From UHGV virus genome UHGV-0127916: 14,028 bases of DNA. One strand, written 5' to 3'. The notes below the pieces were generated by a model. That model saw only the letters and a program-made list of their open reading frames with translations. It ran no database searches and was not told the origin of the DNA. The DNA is from a virus. Numbering within the stretch: position 1 is the first letter of the stretch; every line of letters begins with the position of its first letter. Shown here piece after piece: positions 1-7,171 of the stretch. Both the position numbers and the translations under genes were made by a program.

Positions 1-2
1 CG

Positions 3-173
3 GAGCACGTCGTAGAGGCATTTAAAAAAGGTGAGCTAACACGACATCAAGTAGTAATGAATCGTAATATGGCAAGGAGTCGAGGTTATCCAGAGCGAGC
101 AGCTTGCTTCAATGAAGCACTCAAGATTATTGATGAATTAAGAAAAAATGAAAAAGAATCTGAAACAGAGTAA
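3..173 (+). CDS. 3' end of an upstream gene (partial, hypothetical protein)
   Basis: An open frame in codon phase 3,6,9... runs from the window edge to TAA at 171-173 (...ALKIIDELRKNEKESETE*). The RBS of the next gene follows 8 nt later. It is missing from the ORF track because no start codon lies in the window. Confidence 0.35.
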   Translation, partial: EHVVEAFKKGELTRHQVVMNRNMARSRGYPERAACFNEALKIIDELRKNEKESETE

Positions 174-192
174 AGAATAGAAGGAGAAAACT

Positions 193-360
193 ATGAGCGA
201 AACTAAGAAACCAATTCCGCGCACTTACCTACACGTTGACCCTGAAATCTTCAAGGTTTTATTTGCTGAAGCCAAGAAAAGGCAAATTATGGTCAGTGAT
301 TTGATGTTAGAAATCATTACTGAAGCAGCAGAGAACATCAAACAAAAAAAGGGTAAGTGA
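193..360 (+). CDS. Small ribbon-helix-helix (Arc/CopG-like) DNA-binding protein, 55 aa
   Basis: ATG at 193 is preceded by AAGGAG (181-186) and the frame runs 55 codons to TGA at 358-360. The pattern RTYLHVDPEIFKVLFAEAKKRQIMVSDLMLEIITEAAE fits the strand-helix-helix layout of RHH repressors. This is a pattern-based call only. Confidence 0.5.
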   Translation: MSETKKPIPRTYLHVDPEIFKVLFAEAKKRQIMVSDLMLEIITEAAENIKQKKGK

Positions 361-411
361 TCCTCATTCACTTTAGTAGCGCATTAAGCGTGATTTATAA
401 GGAGATTTTTA

Positions 412-1065
412 ATGATTAATGAAGAACAATTTGTAAAAGTTCCTATGTGGATTCTAAAAATAAGCCAAGTAAACGGGCATAAATTTACAGATAGTGCTAA
501 AAACCTTTACTGCTATCTGAAAGGGTTTGATCGTGCATTTCCCTCTTACGCTAAGATAGGCGATGTTTTTGGCATAACACCAAGAGCAGCAGAGGAAAGG
601 GTTAAGAAATTGCTCGAAATGGGATTAATTATAAAAGATGCACGACCAGGAAGTTCTAATGTCTATCAAGTGGTAGATATTCCACAAGAAGAAGCTAGAC
701 AAGAAGCCCAGACACAACAAGAAGCTACTGTTAAAGCTGTTCCTGATCCGCTTCCACCTACAGAAGATAATAAACAGCCTTCTTTTGATGTTCTTGATGA
801 TTGGGATGCGCCTTTGCCGTGGGAGACGGAAGAAACACCTGTTTCATCAAGTGAAAAGGTAGCTAATGATAATGAGGAGGATGTGTTAGAAAATTTTGCC
901 TCTCTTATCATCCAGGAGAAGAATACCAGAACAGGAGGAGCATCCTTTCTAGAATTTGCAACATCGTTAGCCTATAAGCACAGGTTAAAGCTACCAAATG
1001 GTATTGAGGCATATTTTGCTAAGAAACATCCCAAAGTATATGAAGACTTTGATATTCCATTTTAA
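412..1065 (+). CDS. HTH-domain protein with acidic C-terminal half; putative replication-initiator or regulator
   Basis: 217-aa ORF with AAGGAG at 399-404, 7 nt before the ATG. The N-terminal ~90 aa resemble winged-HTH domains of phage/plasmid Rep or regulator proteins; the rest is acidic and Pro-rich. The function is inferred. Confidence 0.75.
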   Translation: MINEEQFVKVPMWILKISQVNGHKFTDSAKNLYCYLKGFDRAFPSYAKIGDVFGITPRAAEERVKKLLEMGLIIKDARPGSSNVYQVVDIPQEEARQEAQTQQEATVKAVPDPLPPTEDNKQPSFDVLDDWDAPLPWETEETPVSSSEKVANDNEEDVLENFASLIIQEKNTRTGGASFLEFATSLAYKHRLKLPNGIEAYFAKKHPKVYEDFDIPF

Positions 1066-1076
1066 TAAGGAGGGTT

Positions 1077-1355
1077 ATGATTCAATATTTAGTAAAAAAT
1101 CAAGTAGACAGAATTCAGTGTAATGACACAGGAAAACGCATCTACGAAACACTTGCTTACCTCTATAAAGGAAAGCCAACACCGCTAAAATATAGCGATG
1201 TGTTACATCGAGCAGCTTGCTCTGAAGATGGTTTAAAATTCTGGCTTAGACAGCTATCAAATTTCGGTGTTATAGAGATTAAAGAATTATCTTTCTCTAC
1301 ATTCAATCTCAAAAGACTAGATAAAGAAATAGAATTCATCTATTCCACTCTCTAA
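1077..1355 (+). CDS. Hypothetical protein, 92 aa
   Basis: ORF with AGGAGG at 1068-1073 just upstream of the ATG, starting 12 nt after the previous stop. No recognisable motif. Confidence 0.7.
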   Translation: MIQYLVKNQVDRIQCNDTGKRIYETLAYLYKGKPTPLKYSDVLHRAACSEDGLKFWLRQLSNFGVIEIKELSFSTFNLKRLDKEIEFIYSTL

Positions 1356-1487
1356 AATCTCTCTATGTAATTAAAATATAAAAGGAAAACATTATTATGA
1401 TAGTAGCTATGTATTGGTTATTGTTCTTTATCACGTTAGAAGCATATTTCGGGGTGTTTTCCTTTAAAAGAAAAGGAAAAGTAAATA

Positions 1488-1898
1488 ATGGCAAAAAGAA
1501 AAAACAACGTTGTTAAGAAAATCGGTGATTCAGCTTCTCTTCTAAGTAAACCTAAATCTATTCTAAGACGCAAAGACTTTAAAGAGCTAGTTACGCTCAC
1601 CAAGCAAAATAGCGCCCCTGGCGAATGGAAAACAGAGATCATAGAACATTCTCCCTCTGTGCCTTGTGGAGATGAATTTAACGCCTTACAAGAAATCTTA
1701 TCTTCAACACCTGGCGTATTCTGGAAACCTAGAAAAAGAAAAGAGTATATCGTTGATAGCTCTGATTTACGCAAATACCAGATTTTAGGATTTGAAGATT
1801 ATAATCACTACGTCGGTTATCTCGCCACCAATGGCCTAAATAATTTAGTCCCTGAATTCCAAATTTTAGATGGTGCTGATCACTATGGAGACTTTTAA
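1488..1898 (+). CDS. Hypothetical protein, 136 aa (basic N-terminus)
   Basis: ORF with AAGGA at 1473-1477. It is in the same orientation and tightly packed with its neighbours, and its stop at 1896-1898 abuts the next start. Confidence 0.65.
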   Translation: MAKRKNNVVKKIGDSASLLSKPKSILRRKDFKELVTLTKQNSAPGEWKTEIIEHSPSVPCGDEFNALQEILSSTPGVFWKPRKRKEYIVDSSDLRKYQILGFEDYNHYVGYLATNGLNNLVPEFQILDGADHYGDF

Positions 1899-1899
1899 T

Positions 1900-2238
1900 A
1901 TGAACAAAAACACGTATGACACAATTTACTCACTAATTAATTATTATGAGGATGATTACCTCCTGCCTTTAAACCGTGCTGAACTTGAAGCATACAGAGA
2001 AAACACGCCAGCGGCACTCAATGAGGCGTTTAAACACTGGGATTTAGCTGTGAATGCCTTGGAGCAACTCTCTAAGCGTGTAGAGATGCTCTGTAAGCGT
2101 GAGAACGCATATCTAACAGCGGATCAGATATGGGAGCTATCAAACTGGATAGAAGATATTGAATCTGATGTTCGCTATGTGGGAGATGGCCTTATCGAAC
2201 TAGCTCAACGCTTAGGCGCTGCTATCACAGAAGAATAA
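1900..2238 (+). CDS. Hypothetical small acidic helical protein, 112 aa
   Basis: I prefer ATG at 1900 (MNKNTYD...) over the ORF-track start at 1870, because GGAG at 1888-1891 sits 8 nt upstream and the previous gene ends at 1898. The protein has about 24 Asp/Glu against 11 Lys/Arg. Confidence 0.65.
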   Translation: MNKNTYDTIYSLINYYEDDYLLPLNRAELEAYRENTPAALNEAFKHWDLAVNALEQLSKRVEMLCKRENAYLTADQIWELSNWIEDIESDVRYVGDGLIELAQRLGAAITEE

Positions 2239-2267
2239 AAAAAGCAACAAAAAAGTTGTAAAATATC

Positions 2268-2296
2268 TTGACATTTCATATATTGTATGTTAATAT
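2268..2296 (+). promoter_or_regulatory. Near-consensus sigma70 promoter: TTGACA, 17-nt spacer, TGn-TAATAT (extended -10)
   Basis: TTGACA at 2268-2273, a 17-nt spacer, TG at 2288-2289 and TAATAT at 2291-2296, with an A-rich tract upstream. It lies in a 350-bp non-coding gap and faces the downstream operon. Confidence 0.6.
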
Positions 2297-2496
2297 AATT
2301 ATATAGGGGTGATTATTTTTCCTTTATTGGTTCGATATTAAAAATTCTTCTTGTCGTTAAAGGGGAGTAAAATCTCCGCTCCCCGCTTCTCCTCCTTAAG
2401 TAAATACTGTGTCATTATTACCTCTTTTTTCCTTTGTTATGCATACATCTTGGAGTATGCATAACATAGGGTAATTACATAGGTACAAGTTAATAA

Positions 2497-2526
2497 AAGG
2501 CGGCTTTAAATGCTGCCTTTTATTTT
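2497..2526 (+). terminator. Intrinsic terminator inside the leader, about 200 nt downstream of the promoter
   Basis: 8-bp stem AAGGCGGC / GCTGCCTT with one G-U pair and a 7-nt loop TTTAAAT, followed by TTATTTT. Confidence 0.5.
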
Positions 2527-2588
2527 GCCCGTTATGCAACTTAAAAGTTGTATTTCTTACTTTAAACAAGGTAACAAGGTTTATATAA

Positions 2589-2801
2589 ATGTTGTTCTTA
2601 AATGATAAAGAGCAAATCATCAAGTATAAAGATGAAATGCTGAAAATTAATCCACAAATTACCGAAATGGTAGCTAAATACGCTGGGTGTTCTGTAGAGG
2701 AAGTAGAAAGATGTGTTGAAAAATATTTTTCTCCTTCTTCTCCGTCTACACCTTCCCTTAATGAATTAATCAAATTAAAAGCTAAGGAGATTACTAAATG
2801 A
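2589..2801 (+). CDS. Hypothetical protein, 70 aa
   Basis: ORF whose stop overlaps the next start as ATGA (2798-2801), suggesting translational coupling. Its own RBS is weak (AAGG about 11 nt upstream). Confidence 0.5.
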   Translation: MLFLNDKEQIIKYKDEMLKINPQITEMVAKYAGCSVEEVERCVEKYFSPSSPSTPSLNELIKLKAKEITK

Positions 2802-3160
2802 TTATTGATTTAGACACTCTGTTTCCAGTTCGAAAGACTTTCACAGATATTGTAAGTTATTGTACTGATCCGTTTGCCTCTGTAGAAAGCAAGGTTTTTG
2901 CTTCTCTTCCTGCTGATGTTGAATGCGGAGACTTGATCACCAGCACTGGCGCTAAATATGAATCAGGAGATGATATTTATGTTGTTATGAGTGAATTTGT
3001 AACGGCTGGAGAAAACAAGCCTGTAGATGTGCTACGTAGCAATGCTGGCCTTGTATGCATCAAAGCTGATGCGCTGAATGCTGTAAGTGAAGCAGCAAAA
3101 ACAGCACTAATTAAAAAAGGCTTTCAGCTTGAAGGCTTCCATTCTGTTTTCACTTCTTAA
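2798..3160 (+). CDS. Hypothetical acidic protein, 120 aa
   Basis: AAGGAG at 2784-2789, 8 nt before the ATG; coupled to the upstream ORF. Confidence 0.7.
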   Translation: MIIDLDTLFPVRKTFTDIVSYCTDPFASVESKVFASLPADVECGDLITSTGAKYESGDDIYVVMSEFVTAGENKPVDVLRSNAGLVCIKADALNAVSEAAKTALIKKGFQLEGFHSVFTS

Positions 3161-3178
3161 TAAAAGGAATAATAATAA

Positions 3179-4207
3179 ATGATTCTAGGTAATGATTACG
3201 TTGATTTAGCTCCTCTGTTCTCTGCGCATAGCACTAGAAACTATCTGCTTTCTACTCTTGATTTTACGGATTCTGTAGGGGTCACATCTCATAAAGTAGC
3301 TGTTTCCCAGCTTGTCGAAAGCAACGAATCTCTCTTTAACAAAGAGACAAGCCGTTTTAGTTCTGAACACAATGTTACTAAGCGAGAACAAGGTAAAGAA
3401 TGGCTGATTGAAATCCCGTATTTTCTTCGTGAAGATGTGATCCGTCCTTCTGATGTTCAAGGCAAGCGTAAGCCTGGCACTGATTTTCAGGAAACACTTA
3501 CTGATATCTATGCTGACTATGTTGCTAAACACCACGTAGCGTATCAGCGTACAAAAGAGAGCGTATTGGCTGCATCTCTGTTTAGTGGTCGCACCTACAC
3601 GCCTAAAACTGATGATGTTCTTATCGAGTGGGGCAAGCTGTTTAACGTATCAGCTATGAAAGCCACTGTGAACGCTTCCAGCACTGACACCACGAAGATT
3701 TTTAAAGAATTTGATCAGATTGCTACTGACATTATCGAAAAAGCACAAAGCCAGGCGGCTGCTGTAGAGCGTATTGTTGTTTTCTGTAAACCGGAAGCCT
3801 TCTCTGCAATTCGATTCTCTGCTGGTATGGCAAACGCATTCCAGTATGTAAGCCCACTGGAAGAAGGGAACGTTGTGTATCAGCGTCGTGACCTGCTGCC
3901 AGGAGTGACAGCGTTCACTATTCCAGGAACTAACATTGATGTTATTAAACTGGTAGATCCGCTACACCTGGCACATATGACCGCAGACGCTGTAGCTGTG
4001 CCTAAATTCGCTAAAGGCTCTAACGTATATCAGAACATCTACGGGGCTGCTTCCAGCACCTTTGAACTGATTAATGCCGCTCCTGCTGAGGTGTATAGCT
4101 ATAGCTATGAATCTTCTCGTGGTGATGCTGTTAACGTTGTTACAGAGAATAGCCAGATGGTTGTAAACCACGGTGTAGGCTTCTCCGTTCAAATCACTGT
4201 TAAATAA
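3179..4207 (+). CDS. Hypothetical protein, 342 aa; possibly a major structural (capsid-like) protein
   Basis: Long ORF with an RBS and no nucleotide-binding or catalytic motif that I can see. It is followed directly by a very strong intrinsic terminator, as highly expressed structural genes often are. The structural assignment is speculative. Confidence 0.8.
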   Translation: MILGNDYVDLAPLFSAHSTRNYLLSTLDFTDSVGVTSHKVAVSQLVESNESLFNKETSRFSSEHNVTKREQGKEWLIEIPYFLREDVIRPSDVQGKRKPGTDFQETLTDIYADYVAKHHVAYQRTKESVLAASLFSGRTYTPKTDDVLIEWGKLFNVSAMKATVNASSTDTTKIFKEFDQIATDIIEKAQSQAAAVERIVVFCKPEAFSAIRFSAGMANAFQYVSPLEEGNVVYQRRDLLPGVTAFTIPGTNIDVIKLVDPLHLAHMTADAVAVPKFAKGSNVYQNIYGAASSTFELINAAPAEVYSYSYESSRGDAVNVVTENSQMVVNHGVGFSVQITVK

Positions 4208-4225
4208 TATTTTAACGTGTAATAG

Positions 4226-4260
4226 AGGCGTGGCGTGTATTCACGCTTCGCCTTTTTTTT
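4226..4260 (+). terminator. Strong rho-independent terminator (attenuator) after the 342-aa gene
   Basis: GC-rich stem of about 11 bp (GGCGTGGCGTG / CACGCTTCGCC, one mismatch, one G-U) with loop TATT, followed by T8 at 4253-4260. Confidence 0.75.
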
Positions 4261-4293
4261 ATTTATTTTTAAATTTTGAGAGGTGATTAAAAT

Positions 4294-4497
4294 ATGGAAG
4301 TGATTTTGAAATCAAAAAATGGGGTGCACGTACATTTAGATGCTAATGATTCTAGAGGCTTGTTAAATCTGAAATATCTATGTTCTCTCTTAGATGTGCC
4401 CTATGAAGGCGTAAAAGCCCGTATGTTCAGATTAAACGAGAGTATTGATCAGGCTCTACACCATTTCTTAAGTAAAGAAGGTGGTAAAAATGATTAA
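4294..4497 (+). CDS. Hypothetical protein, 67 aa
   Basis: ORF with AGGTGA at 4281-4286, 7 nt before the ATG. Confidence 0.55.
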   Translation: MEVILKSKNGVHVHLDANDSRGLLNLKYLCSLLDVPYEGVKARMFRLNESIDQALHHFLSKEGGKND

Positions 4498-4513
4498 TAT
4501 AAGGGGATTTTAA

Positions 4514-6343
4514 ATGTTAGAAATTAACACTTCTAAAATTAAGAACACAGTTACATTTAGTGTAGATAAAGACAGCTTGAAAAAAGCGAAAGACTCTATT
4601 ACAAGCCTAAAAGAATTCACTGATAATATCAAGCCAGCTAAACTGAGGTTTGATAATGTCACTAAAGGCTATAAGAAAGCACAAAGCGAAGTAGACAAGA
4701 TTGCTCAACAGAAAGCTAAAACAGAAAAGCAAAATCAAAGAGCACAAGCTGCCGCAGCAAGAGCACAGGCAAGGCAACAGCAACAAATAGCAGCACGTAA
4801 AGAGAAAGCAGAATTAAAGCTCCTCGATGTTTCAAGCTCTATCAGTGCAATGCACCGCCTCTCTGTAGCGGAACAATACAAAGCTATTGCACAGGCTAGA
4901 GAGATAGCGAAACAATACGAACAAGGCGCTATCTCGCTTGCACGTATGAATAGCCAGATGAAACGCTTACAACAGCAACAACGTAAGATTAATGGCAACA
5001 GAAAAGCTCAATTAGCCCCCGTTAAGGGAGGATCAGGGAATTCCGCCACGATGGGCGCTCTGTTATTTGGAGGCGCTACGGCGGCGGCTGGCGTGATGGC
5101 TGTAAGTAAAGCCTCTGAATTTATGGCTAACAGCTTTGCTAACGCAGAGACACAAGGAGAGCTAATCCAACGTGCAAGGCTTGGCGGTGTAGACGTTAAC
5201 CAGATGTATAACATTACAGAATGGGCGTATAGAAACGGCGTTGACTCTATGATGGGTGATCAAGGGGCTAGGAAATACCTGGATCAGATGAAAGATGTTA
5301 GGGAACGTGCCGCAAAATCCTACAGTGAAGCTGAATTGGTGAAAGATAAGAAAACCGGAAAATCTGAATGGAAAGGCGGTGATAACGCTATTAATGAACT
5401 TCTAAACATCGGAGTTATTAACAAAAGCGACCTTAAAAAATTTGCTGATAATCCAGCCGGATTAATTTCTAAGGCTGTTAATGGAATGATGAAAAAAGGG
5501 TTTTCAGACTCCCAAATTGGACAACGTTTAGAAGACCTGGGCGATGATTTGATGCTTACATCAAAATATTGGCAACGTTCCGTTAAAGATGTACAAGAAA
5601 GTATTAATCAGCAAAAAGCCTCTGGAAAATGGCTAACAGAAACACAGCAAGAATCTATCGTTAAATTCAGAGAGCTAAACAGACAGCTTTCACAGCTTTC
5701 TGATGCAAGACAAGTAGCATTCGTAGACGGCTTTATGAAATCTCTTGATCCAAAAGTAACGGAAGAGTTTATGAAAAACCTTTCTAATCTCACTCCGTAT
5801 TTTACGAAGCTAGGAGAAGCTACAGGAAGTCTCTTTGAAGCTATTATGAAGATTGTAAACTGGTTTAATCGTAATGATGATAAGACAGATGCTATTCAGA
5901 AAAATATGGGTGATGCACCGCCATTAAGCAATGAAGGAATGAAGCAGAATCTTTCTAAGCTCGTTCCTGACCAATATAAAGGCGCTGGCACTGCAACAAC
6001 TACACCTGATAATAGTCATTCTCTCTTTAACACGATTAAGGGATTGCTTTTCGATGATAATTCTTCTGTGTCAGATGTAAAAATGTCAGTCAGCGAAGCA
6101 CCGATAACCAATCTCAAACAGGGGGCTTTAAATAATCTTGCAATGACAACTCCGGCTTATAATTTATCTCCTGTATTCAATCTGAATCCTACATTTGAAG
6201 TGGTAACGGAGGTTCCGCTTACTATTAATTCTGACACATCCAGATTAAGCGATTATGTGGATTTTACAGCGAGAGCAAGTCGGGATAGCTTCTTGAAATC
6301 ATTAACATTAACCAGCTTGTCAGGACAATCTAACGGCGGGTAA
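4514..6343 (+). CDS. Hypothetical 609-aa protein: N-terminal Ala/Gln-rich coiled coil, Gly/Ala-rich hydrophobic segment, large C-terminal domain (tape-measure- or ejection-protein-like)
   Basis: AAGGGG at 4501-4506, 7 nt before the ATG. Features read from the translation: QNQRAQAAAARAQARQQQQIAARKEK, then GGSGNSATMGALLFGGATAAAGVMAVS. No enzymatic motif recognised. Confidence 0.8.
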   Translation: MLEINTSKIKNTVTFSVDKDSLKKAKDSITSLKEFTDNIKPAKLRFDNVTKGYKKAQSEVDKIAQQKAKTEKQNQRAQAAAARAQARQQQQIAARKEKAELKLLDVSSSISAMHRLSVAEQYKAIAQAREIAKQYEQGAISLARMNSQMKRLQQQQRKINGNRKAQLAPVKGGSGNSATMGALLFGGATAAAGVMAVSKASEFMANSFANAETQGELIQRARLGGVDVNQMYNITEWAYRNGVDSMMGDQGARKYLDQMKDVRERAAKSYSEAELVKDKKTGKSEWKGGDNAINELLNIGVINKSDLKKFADNPAGLISKAVNGMMKKGFSDSQIGQRLEDLGDDLMLTSKYWQRSVKDVQESINQQKASGKWLTETQQESIVKFRELNRQLSQLSDARQVAFVDGFMKSLDPKVTEEFMKNLSNLTPYFTKLGEATGSLFEAIMKIVNWFNRNDDKTDAIQKNMGDAPPLSNEGMKQNLSKLVPDQYKGAGTATTTPDNSHSLFNTIKGLLFDDNSSVSDVKMSVSEAPITNLKQGALNNLAMTTPAYNLSPVFNLNPTFEVVTEVPLTINSDTSRLSDYVDFTARASRDSFLKSLTLTSLSGQSNGG

Positions 6344-6376
6344 TTCCCGCCATAACATTACAAGGAAATTATTATT

Positions 6377-7090
6377 ATGGCGACCGCCGGGATTTTAACC
6401 ATACGTGCAGCAAATACTCCAGAACAACACGTTCAAGCGGTTTATAACGCGGAACAAGATATAAACTCTACAAAAAACGAAAATAGCAAAGCCAATAAAA
6501 CAAAAGGAGAAAATGGATTTGCTATTGTTACCAGTGGGCTGGCATCTTCTGGTAATGACGTTTATGAAAATTATATGGCACTGGCCTTTGACAGTGTAGA
6601 CGATGTAAACGTAAAACGTCAAGCAGATGTTACTAGCTACCCCGTAGAGAATGGTGCTACTGTATCGGATCACGTTCAAATTAAAAACAATAAGTTTGCT
6701 CTTAAGGGGCGTATCACTGAAACACCGATTAAAAGCGATCCTGGCTTGTTAAAGAGTGCAGGGGTGAACGGGAACAGAAGATCATTAGCTATAGACTACC
6801 TGAATCAGATTATGGACAGTAGACAGCCTTTTCTTCTTGTTACAGAAAATAAAACTTTTGAGAACGTTGTTTTAACAGGCATCGAATACACAGAAGAGGC
6901 AAGCGAATCCCTGGTATTTGATCTTAGCTTTGAGCAGATCAGGCTCGTTTCGTATGGCACAGTAAACACTGTAGCTATCAAAACACAGCCATCTAAGAAC
7001 ATCGGGGCTAATATGAAAAAACGTGTTAACACTGAAAAATCAAGTAGTGAAGGTGAAGACACTATTACGCCTGCCTTTAAACAGGAATAG
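6377..7090 (+). CDS. Hypothetical protein, 237 aa
   Basis: ORF with AAGGA at 6362-6366; last gene of the rightward array, ending 80 nt before the convergent integrase gene. Confidence 0.75.
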   Translation: MATAGILTIRAANTPEQHVQAVYNAEQDINSTKNENSKANKTKGENGFAIVTSGLASSGNDVYENYMALAFDSVDDVNVKRQADVTSYPVENGATVSDHVQIKNNKFALKGRITETPIKSDPGLLKSAGVNGNRRSLAIDYLNQIMDSRQPFLLVTENKTFENVVLTGIEYTEEASESLVFDLSFEQIRLVSYGTVNTVAIKTQPSKNIGANMKKRVNTEKSSSEGEDTITPAFKQE

Positions 7091-7131
7091 CCGTAAACGC
7101 CTCTAAAACACTCTGTAACGATGTAATTATA

Positions 7132-7164
7132 AAAGAGGCTACCAATCTATGTTGAAGCCTCTTT
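7132..7164. terminator. Putative bidirectional terminator between the convergent operon and the integrase gene
   Basis: 9-bp stem AAAGAGGCT / AGCCTCTTT with a 15-nt loop, in the 80-bp gap between the stops at 7090 (+) and 7172 (-). The loop is large and the U-tract weak. Confidence 0.4.
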
Positions 7165-7171
7165 ATTGCGT

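Noticed and set aside
1870-1899. ORF-track start at 1870 for the 112-aa gene
   Set aside because: It would overlap the previous gene by 29 nt. The ATG at 1900 has a better-placed GGAG and follows the upstream stop directly.
2396-2773. 125-aa minus-strand ORF across the leader, and a 25-codon minus-strand ORF at 2338..2415
   Set aside because: The long ORF overlaps the promoter-distal leader and the 70-aa gene and translates to low-complexity sequence. The short one has an RBS-like purine run only because the plus strand is pyrimidine-rich.
666-7062. Minus-strand ORFs inside plus-strand genes of the element (666..911, 1436..1774, 3206..3535, 3962..4192, 4735..4998, 5008..5214, 5608..5793, 6395..6679, 6805..7062)
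   Set aside because: Each lies antisense within a longer, RBS-supported gene and has low-complexity or Cys/Ser-rich translation typical of antisense frames.
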